From assembly GCA_964505525.1 (NCBI GenBank), contig CAZDIQ010000001.1, positions 5,544-69,543 on the forward strand: 64,000 nt of DNA, in the 5' to 3' direction. The notes under the pieces are model-generated. The model worked only from the letters and a program-made list of their open reading frames with translations. It ran no database searches and had not been told where the DNA came from. Each line of letters begins with the position of its first letter. Positions within the stretch are counted from its first letter, which is position 1. The stretch comes from an uncultured Acidimicrobiaceae bacterium. Its GTDB lineage: Bacteria; Actinomycetota; Acidimicrobiia; Spongiisociales; UBA5794. Below are positions 56,233-64,000 of this stretch, piece by piece. The position numbers and the translations under genes were made by a program.

Positions 56233-56279
56233 CCGACAGCGCCCGCTCGTCCTCGAACAAGCGGGCGCGCCGTGGAACG

Positions 56280-56742
56280 TCAGTCAGGCGATGGACCGAT
56301 ACCGAAGTTCGGGAACAGCTTCGGGTCTGGTTGACTCGGTCCGGTCGTCGAAGATGTGACACCGAACGGCTTGTAGATGCCGAGGTACATGCCGACCGAG
56401 ATGACGAAGCCGATCAGCCAGGTGATGATCACAGGTTCGGTCAGGGCGAGGGAGCCGTCACCGACGGTGTTGTTCACGATGAGAGCGTTCAAGGCGTTCA
56501 ACGCGAGAGTGATCAGCGCCTTCCATTTCGCGGCGAGCGCAGCGGTCGTGGCGATGCCGTTGACGATCGGGATGACCGCGGCGACGAGCAACGACACCGC
56601 CAACGCGGACAGGCGTAGCTCGGCGACCGTGTCACCCGGATCGACGTCAGCCGCCGACGCGACGAGCGGCGCGGCGCACCAGGCGACGAAGGCCAGCAGG
56701 AACGCTGCGAGCAGCATCCGCCAGCGGGTGGTGAGGTTCATG
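56280..56742 (-). CDS. membrane protein with signal peptide
   Basis: 'MLLAAFLLAFVAWCAAPLVASA' + 3 TM. Confidence 0.4.
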
Positions 56743-56802
56743 GTCGAGACTCCTTCGGTAGATGGTTCGACGAGAACCAGCATGACACGCGAAGCGGTCA
56801 GG

Positions 56803-58479
56803 TCAGGTGAACTCCATCGTGTACGAGATCCGCATCGCATCATCCACCGTCTTCTCGATCGGATCAGGCAGCAGGGAACGGGACGCGAAGTTCGGTTCGT
56901 CGGTGAACGCGTGGAAGCTGACGTTCGCGACACCGTTCGCGGGACCTTGCGTAGCGTCTTGCACCCAGATTGCCCCGTCCATCGCGACAAGCCGAGGCCC
57001 CGCGATGCTGATTCCTACCGGTTCCGTGGTCGGGGTGAAGGACGCAATCGGGGACCACGGGTCCGTTGCGACAGACGAGTTGTTGTTGGCGACGGACGGA
57101 ACGAAGGTATCAACGTCGTATGGGCCACGGTTACTTTGGATACTGGTGGTCCCTGATTGGGGTGAAGCCAACGTCAGTGATGCACTCGCCTGCGCGTAGA
57201 CGACGAGCACCCCAGCCCACGCTCCGGTCTGATCGACGTTGAAGATGAACCCATCCAACGTCTTGATCCACAGGAATGTGCCGTCCCATTCGACGCCGGT
57301 CATCTGGCGGGCGGCTGCATCAACCGTCGGGAAGCTGGCGGGAAGACCGGTCACAGCGATCGTTGAGATGATGCTCCCGTCGGAAGCATCAATCTTGTAC
57401 AGCCGAGACGTCGTACCTGCGGCGACGGAACCGACAGCCCAGATGTCGGTGCCGTCGTAGGTGACGTCCAGCAGGTATGACTCAGTAGTAAACGTCGCTG
57501 CGTTCGCGTTGGAGTAGGTCAACGATCCACCGTTGGTGACACGTCGCACGAAAGGTCGGCGGCCGGTCGTCGAACCGGTCGAACCGACTGCGATCCAGTC
57601 TGTGCCGATGCGGTGCAACCCGAGGGTCGTGAACGTTGCTGCGGCGATGGCGTTCCCACCGACTCCGGCAGCGAAAGCGGCGGCGCTCTCATCGGCGGCT
57701 GCGTCGACGGTGTAGTTGCCGTTGACGTCGAACGTCACGTTGTAGGAGATCAGCTTACGACCCGACGCGGAGATCGAAAGCTGGTACAGCTTCCCTGATC
57801 CCGGATCATAGTAGGAAGCCATGTCATTGATCGCTGTCCCGAGAGTCAGGAATTGAGTCGAACTACCCGAGAGGACGCCGTTGGACCATCCAACTGTCGA
57901 CGAGTACCGGCGCGAGTACAGGGCGACGTCACAGATGAGCGGGTCACCGGACGCTGACGACCAATAGAGACGTCGCCAGCCGACCGACTGGAAGATGCCG
58001 TTGCCGTTCCCGGTGGTCCATTCCCACGCGAACCCTGCCGAGTCCGGACCGACCGTGCACAACGACGGCACAACCAAACCCTGCTTCGCCGACGGTGCTG
58101 CCTGCCCCCACTTGTGTGCCCACGCGATGACATCACCGAACGCGAACATGTCCGTCGGGTCTTCCGCCGTGTCATCAGTCCAGCAGGCAAGATGATCATT
58201 CGAGAGCCGTTTCGCTGACCGCGGGTCGCGGCCCTTCTCATCCAACGTGATCCCGTCCAGTGGCGCGGCCAGCCCCCACGTCCACGCCAGACGTTGCAGG
58301 GCCTTCGCGTACCGTTCCCACTGGACGGTGTTGACGTAGTTGTCGGCCTCTTGTCGTTCCTTCACGCGGCCACGCGAGTCGAGTAGTTCGACCCGGACGC
58401 GGCCCTTGACGCGCAGGTTCGGGGTGTTGACGATCTCGGCGATCTGTCCTGCGGCACGGCGGTCATCAAGCTTCATGGA
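56803..58479 (-). CDS. putative tail fibre/receptor-binding protein
   Basis: Ser/Thr/Gly-rich beta-rich sequence; start at MKLDDRRAAG. Confidence 0.4.
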   Translation of the reverse strand, partial: SMKLDDRRAAGQIAEIVNTPNLRVKGRVRVELLDSRGRVKERQEADNYVNTVQWERYAKALQRLAWTWGLAAPLDGITLDEKGRDPRSAKRLSNDHLACWTDDTAEDPTDMFAFGDVIAWAHKWGQAAPSAKQGLVVPSLCTVGPDSAGFAWEWTTGNGNGIFQSVGWRRLYWSSASGDPLICDVALYSRRYSSTVGWSNGVLSGSSTQFLTLGTAINDMASYYDPGSGKLYQLSISASGRKLISYNVTFDVNGNYTVDAAADESAAAFAAGVGGNAIAAATFTTLGLHRIGTDWIAVGSTGSTTGRRPFVRRVTNGGSLTYSNANAATFTTESYLLDVTYDGTDIWAVGSVAAGTTSRLYKIDASDGSIISTIAVTGLPASFPTVDAAARQMTGVEWDGTFLWIKTLDGFIFNVDQTGAWAGVLVVYAQASASLTLASPQSGTTSIQSNRGPYDVDTFVPSVANNNSSVATDPWSPIASFTPTTEPVGISIAGPRLVAMDGAIWVQDATQGPANGVANVSFHAFTDEPNFASRSLLPDPIEKTVDDAMRISYTMEFT

Positions 58480-58531
58480 CGTCTCCTTGGATGTGAATCG
58501 TACGGTGCCCGAACAGGCATGGTGGTGATCG

Positions 58532-61500
58532 TCATTCCGGGAACCCAGGGAAGCCGTCCGCCACCCGCAACGGCCCGTAGTAATCGAACCACACGGTCTG
58601 ACCGTTGATATAGGCACCGTTCAGCACCTGGGTGACCCCCTCGTGCTCGAATGACGCGGACAGGGACTCGCGGTCGCTGATGTTCAGGTAACACATCCCC
58701 ACCAAATAATCTTCGATGCCTTCGTCGTACAGTTCGGCCGGGATCGGGATGACATCAACGAACGTCTGATACTTGTAAGGCCGTCGCTGACCGTTGGCGT
58801 ACACGACACCCGAGGTCGACATACCGCCAAACGGCTGATCCAGCAAGTTGAGGAAGTTGAAAATCGACGATTCCTTGATCACATCGACCACAACAGGCGA
58901 TTCCGGATCGGACAGGTCGATCGAGGCGATGCTGGAGCCGACGTCTTCGCAGCGCACCACGGCCCAGCCCGGCCCATCAATCATCACGTACGAGTTATCG
59001 TTCAAGCTGATCGTGACGTTCTCGGTTGCGGCCACGAACGGGGCGGTGGGGTCGGACACGTCGATCAACAGCAGGATGCCGTCATCGTTGGAGTCCGCGC
59101 CACAAGCGATGTAGATGTGGCCGTCCATGACGTGCATGCGGGAGAGGTCGCCATCCGCGAGCGGCACGGTGGTGAGCGACCCGATAATCGACATGTCGGC
59201 CGGGTCCGAGACGTCGACAACGAACAACACTCCACCGTCTTCGGCAAGGTTCGAGTCGACGACCCACAGGTATGCGAGCCCCGCGTGGAGGCCGAACGCG
59301 ACCGACTTGATCACCGCGTAGAAGCCCGTCGCAGCATCCATGTCGATCTCCGACAGAACGATCCCGTCGGCGTCGTATGCGGACAGCATGGACGCGTAGT
59401 CGTTGTCTGTGTCCCAACGTTGGATGAACGCGACCTGCTCGGTCGCCGCGAGCAGCAGCCCGTCGGATGGTCCCGCCCCGATAGAGAACGTGACCTCCGT
59501 GATCGGGTCATCGTCCGGCAGCAACTGGGTGAAGCTGACCGTAACGGGATCGCCCCACTCAGCGGTGATCACCTTGCCGCCAGGCGTGATACCCAACCAC
59601 CGCCAGTCCTCCGGCATGTCCCACGACCCGACCTTGAACCCGGAGCCGCCCCCCACTTCGACGGGGATCGGCGCGGACCATTCCGACTTGCCTCCGGCGT
59701 TCACCGACCGAATCCGGTAGGCGTACGAACCGGGCGGAACTTCTGCTGACGAGAAGATCGGCCCCCACCAGATCGGTCCACCCGGTGCAGGCACATACGT
59801 CCCGCCACCCGTCGACACTTCAACCTCGTACCAGACGGCACCCGGCACCGGAGGCCATTCGATCGTGACTGTCGACCCGTCGACATCGACCACAGCTTCG
59901 GACTCGTCGACCGGGATCGGCGCGATCCAACCGTCCACCTGCGCTGCTTCCATCAACGAACCGATCTGTTCCTCTGTGAGCACACCCGTGAAGATGGCGA
60001 AGAAAGCGTGACCGCCCGCCACCGAGTTGTTCAGGGAGTACGACGAGGCGAGCCACAGATCCGCCGTGTCGTTGGGGACGGTACCCGTAGCTCCGGAGAA
60101 GTCGGTCTTGCCGAGCGGCGTGTTCGAGTTCTTGTACTGCTCAATCGTGGCGGCGTCGGTGTTGCCGTCCATCGTGACGCAGAATGCCTGCCACGCGTTC
60201 AAGCCAACTGCGGCAGTGGGCGCCGTCGCGCGCCGCAGGATGCCGCCGTTCGCGATCATGAGTTCGCTGATCAGCTGGCCGGTCGGATTGAGTCGAACAG
60301 CGAACTCGTTGCGTTGGTTGGGCGCCACACCCTTGCCCCAGAACCGCTTGTCGTCGAGCGTGATCGGCCGTGACAGCCAGAACAGGGTGATGCCCGAAGA
60401 TCCCGGCGTCCAGGCGTCGGCATCCGGGATGACGACGGCCGACGAGATCATTTGCACAAACCGATCGGAGATCGGCCCCTGCACCGCCCGGTAGGTCACC
60501 CCCCCGGCCGTGGTGCTGTGTCGGGCGTTGCCGGAGGAGTCCTGCATTTGCCCTGAGGCGTCGTTCAGCTTCCAGAACCCGGTCGGCGTCAACGCCAGGA
60601 TGGCGGCGCTCAACGCGGGTGAGAACACGTCGACCTGCGGTTCGTCGTCGACGTCCAAGACGGTGTAGTCGATGTTCTCGGTCGCGTCGACGTCGATCAC
60701 ATCCAACAGTTCCACGACAGCCGTATCGTCCACCGCGAGCACGTCGTACGGAACCTCATCGTCCACGTCGAAGTCGATCTCCGGTGGAATGACCAACTCG
60801 AACGTGCAGATGCCACGGAGGCTGTTGGAGGAAGGGCCGAACTGCATCGTCCGTATCGGCGCGGCCCCACCATCCGGATCTTCTTCCCACGCAATCAGGG
60901 TTCCGTAGCCATCCGACAGTGAGTTCTGCTTCAACAGTTCGGTCGCCACGTCGAAGCTCGTGAACGTCAAGGTGTTGTATCCGTGCGCGAAGTACATGAC
61001 GGTGCTCGGCGCACGCTGCAACGCCAACGCAGGGGATGACGCAAGGTTGACGTTCGCGCGCCGCGCGTCAACCGCCGCACCCAACTGTGCCGGAGAAGTG
61101 CGAATGCACACCGCTCCGGACGAGGCTGTGGTTCCCGACGCGATCGGGACCGGTCCCGTCTCGTCGCCGACCGCGCTGGGCAGATGGCTGATCGTCATGA
61201 CGTAACCCGAGCCGTACGACGTCTGCGTGAACACATCCGTGAACCCGACATAGGTCGGCAACGAGAACCCCCATTGAAGAACCCACAGCGACTCGCCGGG
61301 CTGGATTCCGTCCGGGTAGGAAAGCGTCCGGGGGGACGCCGGTCCGGATGTCGTGACGTCGTAGATGATCGGCGGATTCGGGAGCGTCTCAGCACAGACC
61401 GGGGCCGACCACGGCGACATGCTCTCCGGGCCGATGGCTCGGACCCGATAGCAGTATTCGGTGCCTTCGTCGAGGCCCGTCTCCTCGAACGACGTGCCCA

Positions 61501-61729
61501 CGAACGGTGACCCGGCCACAGCGTTCCAGGAGCCACCGTCGATCGACACCTGGACCGCGTAGCCGGTCGCGTCGTCGACCGCGTCCCAGGAGACGAATAT
61601 CTTGTCGTCGTCCTCGGCTATGACGGTCAGCCCGGCCGGTGTCGGGAACGGCGGCCCACTGGTGACCCCGGTGCCTTGTGACCCTTCACGGAGCCCGGTG
61701 CCGTTCGACCCCGCCCGTACGCCGGTCAC
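58532..61729 (-). CDS. large fibre-like protein with FN3, LamG/ConA-like and LVIVD beta-propeller repeats
   Basis: FN3 ('TGYAVQVSIDGGSWNA...EYCYRVRAIG', 'VWYEVEVSTGGGTYV...YAYRIRSVNAGGKSEWSAP'), LamG-like ('ITLFWLSRP...NEFAVRLNPTGQL'), LVIVD-like repeats ('LFVVDVSDP','LLLIDVSDP','SIASIDLSDP'). Confidence 0.55.
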   Translation of the reverse strand: MTGVRAGSNGTGLREGSQGTGVTSGPPFPTPAGLTVIAEDDDKIFVSWDAVDDATGYAVQVSIDGGSWNAVAGSPFVGTSFEETGLDEGTEYCYRVRAIGPESMSPWSAPVCAETLPNPPIIYDVTTSGPASPRTLSYPDGIQPGESLWVLQWGFSLPTYVGFTDVFTQTSYGSGYVMTISHLPSAVGDETGPVPIASGTTASSGAVCIRTSPAQLGAAVDARRANVNLASSPALALQRAPSTVMYFAHGYNTLTFTSFDVATELLKQNSLSDGYGTLIAWEEDPDGGAAPIRTMQFGPSSNSLRGICTFELVIPPEIDFDVDDEVPYDVLAVDDTAVVELLDVIDVDATENIDYTVLDVDDEPQVDVFSPALSAAILALTPTGFWKLNDASGQMQDSSGNARHSTTAGGVTYRAVQGPISDRFVQMISSAVVIPDADAWTPGSSGITLFWLSRPITLDDKRFWGKGVAPNQRNEFAVRLNPTGQLISELMIANGGILRRATAPTAAVGLNAWQAFCVTMDGNTDAATIEQYKNSNTPLGKTDFSGATGTVPNDTADLWLASSYSLNNSVAGGHAFFAIFTGVLTEEQIGSLMEAAQVDGWIAPIPVDESEAVVDVDGSTVTIEWPPVPGAVWYEVEVSTGGGTYVPAPGGPIWWGPIFSSAEVPPGSYAYRIRSVNAGGKSEWSAPIPVEVGGGSGFKVGSWDMPEDWRWLGITPGGKVITAEWGDPVTVSFTQLLPDDDPITEVTFSIGAGPSDGLLLAATEQVAFIQRWDTDNDYASMLSAYDADGIVLSEIDMDAATGFYAVIKSVAFGLHAGLAYLWVVDSNLAEDGGVLFVVDVSDPADMSIIGSLTTVPLADGDLSRMHVMDGHIYIACGADSNDDGILLLIDVSDPTAPFVAATENVTISLNDNSYVMIDGPGWAVVRCEDVGSSIASIDLSDPESPVVVDVIKESSIFNFLNLLDQPFGGMSTSGVVYANGQRRPYKYQTFVDVIPIPAELYDEGIEDYLVGMCYLNISDRESLSASFEHEGVTQVLNGAYINGQTVWFDYYGPLRVADGFPGFPE

Positions 61730-61732
61730 GGC

Positions 61733-62983
61733 TTACGGCTCCGTGATGTAAAGAACGCCGACGACGGAGCCTGCCTCGACAGTGACGAACAGATCCTGCG
61801 ACGGCAACGGCGTCGGGAACGCCCACGTGACCGTCTCACCGATCGCCAAGTTGATCGGGATGAACGGATCAGCCGAGCCGTCGACACCGAACCGAACGTA
61901 CACCGTCGACACATCCTCAGCCGTGTTCTCGATCGACCAGCCATGCAACGCACCCTCATAGGCCGTGTCATCCGAGACAGCGATGACCGACGCCACCCCC
62001 ATCCGACCCGACACCAACGTCTGCGAAAACAGTAGCTGCGCTTCGACGTCCTCGTCAGTCCAACCCTCCGACGTGTTCGCCAGCAACACTTCGATCTGAC
62101 CGGTCGTCCACGCCCCATCCCCGCCACCGCCGCCACCACCGCCGAGCGCGGAGACATCAACCAGGACACCGAAATGGCAGCACGGATCGAAGTTGGCTGC
62201 CGCGAACCGTTCCGCCCGATACTCGATCCGGTTGTGCCGGTAATCAGTCGCCTCCGTCAGCGTGTCCGGGTAGACGGTGATGTCACCGAGCCGATACTGG
62301 ACCGGGCCGGTCGCATAGACCCACATCGTCCCGGTTTCCGGGGTCGCGTTGTCCGGGCCGAGGCCCGGATAACCAGTCCCAGCGACGACAATGTCGCCAC
62401 GGTTCGGGGTGACGATACGTTGCCCGTCCGTCTCGACAGCGGAATCAGCGAACCAGGCGTCAGCGATCAACGTCGGGGCGTGGATCATCCCGCGGCCACC
62501 ATGCGCGCAATCCGACAGGGCCTGACTGAGCGTCGCGAGTGCCGTGACCGGGTCGAGCGGCGCTCCCCCGGCAAGGACTTCCGCGCCTGCCGTCAGGTGA
62601 GCATTGTCCGGCTTCAACGTGCCGGTCCACAGTTCGTACTCCAACGCCTTCGACGACGCCGCGTCCAGCTGGCGTCGGGCACGCCCGGCGTAGTCCTGTG
62701 TCGAGAACCCGACCGCCGAACATTCGAACGCCGACTCGACAATGAACGGGTCCGTGTCGTAGCAGTCCAAGTTCTCCGGGGCGGCCGACTTCGACGGCGG
62801 TTCGCCTTCGGGCCACGTGTCGCAGTCCGGGTCCCACAGGCCGACCTCGACACAGTTCTCCGGGCAGACAGTGAAACCAAGCTCCCAACGGGTCGGGTCC
62901 GTCGCGGCGACAGCCGACAACACCAGCCCATGCTTGGCTCCGGTCGCCGGGATCGGGTTGGCGATTGCGTACAGACCTGGCAT
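61733..62983 (-). CDS. structural protein with poly-Gly tract (416 aa)
   Basis: 'SALGGGGGGGGDGAW'. Confidence 0.35.
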   Translation of the reverse strand: MPGLYAIANPIPATGAKHGLVLSAVAATDPTRWELGFTVCPENCVEVGLWDPDCDTWPEGEPPSKSAAPENLDCYDTDPFIVESAFECSAVGFSTQDYAGRARRQLDAASSKALEYELWTGTLKPDNAHLTAGAEVLAGGAPLDPVTALATLSQALSDCAHGGRGMIHAPTLIADAWFADSAVETDGQRIVTPNRGDIVVAGTGYPGLGPDNATPETGTMWVYATGPVQYRLGDITVYPDTLTEATDYRHNRIEYRAERFAAANFDPCCHFGVLVDVSALGGGGGGGGDGAWTTGQIEVLLANTSEGWTDEDVEAQLLFSQTLVSGRMGVASVIAVSDDTAYEGALHGWSIENTAEDVSTVYVRFGVDGSADPFIPINLAIGETVTWAFPTPLPSQDLFVTVEAGSVVGVLYITEP

Positions 62984-63159
62984 CAGTAGTCCCCTACCCC
63001 GGTGACGTCGGCGTTCATGCGAGCGATCCTAACGACGCCGCACCGCTTCGGGTGGGAACCCTGTAGCCGACGGGACCCGACACGCGGGATGGCCCCGACA
63101 TTGCTGCCGGGGCCATCCACTCGCTGTGCAGCCTCTCGGCCGCTATGTGATGTCCAGGG

Positions 63160-63915
63160 TCAGCTGGACCCGCAAGCCCGCAGCGCCGAGGCGTACGGTG
63201 CACGGGCACCCGACGGGCAAACCACCGAGTCGATGCGGACCGATTCGCAACCGAGCATCGCGAAGCCGATCCACTCCTCCATGAACATGGCGAAGTCGTT
63301 CGTCTTGTTGAGCGTGTGGTCACGGACCAGGCCGAGGTCGAGAGTGCCGCCGTCGAGCCGGACGAACGTGCCCGGCGCAAACAGGAAGCTCGTGACTTCC
63401 AGCGGGAAGTCGTTGAGGTCACCCTCGATCTGCGGGTCGGCGAGCGTGTTCAACGCCTCGGTCGACGTCGGGTCGTCGTAGTAGAACGTGACGTCCAGGT
63501 TCCGGACCGAAAGCGCTTCGGTCACGGCCGAGTCCGGCACGTTCATGTAGTCGAGGCCCTGCGACCCGTCGTTGAACAGGTCGGCCTTGACCAGATCGAT
63601 CGACCAGTCCGGCATCAGAGCGTTGAGACGTGCCCCTCGCGGCATGTGGTGACGCTTCCGGTAGCCGACCGCTGCGACCGTCAGGTCGTAGAGCAGGCTA
63701 CGAGAAGCACCGTACGAGCCGATGCCGTTGGCGTGCGTCGAATGCGCGTCGATGGCGTCGAGGTAGTACCTCTGCTTCTTCAACGTGAACTGGACGGCGA
63801 CGTCCTCCTGGAAGTTCTCGATCAACTCCGGGAACGTCCGGTATTGGAGGTTGTCGAACAGCGTGCACTGCGTGATCGCCTCCACGAGCACTTCGTCGAT
63901 CTCCGGGCATGTCAC
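63160..63915 (-). CDS. hypothetical structural protein (possibly capsid-related; may extend beyond window)
   Basis: ORF at window edge. Confidence 0.25.
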   Translation of the reverse strand: MTCPEIDEVLVEAITQCTLFDNLQYRTFPELIENFQEDVAVQFTLKKQRYYLDAIDAHSTHANGIGSYGASRSLLYDLTVAAVGYRKRHHMPRGARLNALMPDWSIDLVKADLFNDGSQGLDYMNVPDSAVTEALSVRNLDVTFYYDDPTSTEALNTLADPQIEGDLNDFPLEVTSFLFAPGTFVRLDGGTLDLGLVRDHTLNKTNDFAMFMEEWIGFAMLGCESVRIDSVVCPSGARAPYASALRACGSS

Positions 63916-64000
63916 CCGGTCGCACGGCTTCTCGACGAGCGGGTTGGTCTGCGCCGAGTCCTCGCAGTCGTAGAAGCCGATCGCGCCAGCGCCTGCGATG

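Noticed and set aside
1-64000. Integrase / attP, CRISPR array, rRNA
   Set aside because: No tyrosine/serine recombinase motifs were seen (RxxR...HxxR...Y or N-terminal resolvase S-R). No repeat-spacer arrays or rRNA-like segments were found.

Overview
High-GC (about 65-68%) double-stranded DNA with the gene content and organisation of an actinobacteriophage or prophage. Almost every gene lies on the minus strand in tightly coupled operons, with many ATGA/GTGA stop-start overlaps. The only exceptions are a terminase small/large subunit pair and three small genes on the plus strand. Most plus-strand ORFs in the track are Arg-rich antisense shadows of minus-strand genes and are not called.

Modules recognised, left to right:
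- (1) A 'cargo/toxin' block. It holds a 985-aa polyvalent protein (zeta-toxin-like P-loop kinase, ParB-type DGHHR nuclease and a C-terminal kinase-like domain), a MazF/PemK-like toxin with an N-terminal extension, and a 1412-aa MuF-like protein ending in an ADP-ribosyltransferase (R-S-E type) toxin domain. The portal and a J-domain protein follow.
- (2) A DNA-metabolism block: SNF2 helicase, DnaN-like sliding clamp and ParB-like protein.
- (3) A Gp37/Gp68 + TcmP pair with a ParB-nuclease-domain protein, a GT2 glycosyltransferase, a DNA-binding protein and a second clamp-like protein, transcribed divergently from terS/terL.
- (4) A replication module: DnaB-like helicase plus an initiator whose coding sequence carries 22-bp-spaced GGTCA-N5-TGACC iterons.
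- (5) An Arr-family ADP-ribosyltransferase fusion.
- (6) A tail module: tape measure, G/G-T chaperone with a -1 frame extension, and Gly-rich minor tail proteins.
- (7) A cluster of six or seven glycosyltransferases, a SAM methyltransferase and an MmcB-like nuclease, which is a candidate virion-glycosylation cassette.
- (8) Lysis genes (Amidase_2 endolysin and membrane proteins).
- (9) Large FN3/LamG/LVIVD fibre-like proteins.

No integrase, CRISPR array, rRNA or convincing tRNA was found.

The most unusual observations are:
- Two short peptide motifs, 'VPRDxxG(K/R)W' and '(W/M)(T/S)PGQKAA(Y/W)TKK', recur across the toxin-carrying virion proteins and two otherwise unrelated proteins.
- A ~55-bp promoter/leader module is duplicated in front of two genes. 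It carries a GTAGCA-N5-TGCTAC palindrome that recurs at other operon starts.
- A near-consensus parS site (14/16 identities) is present.
- Origin-like iterons sit inside the initiator gene.
- An Arr-like ADP-ribosyltransferase is encoded.

Some of my hand-derived start coordinates may be off by one or two nucleotides from manual indexing. ORF-track coordinates are used where I did not adjust a start.
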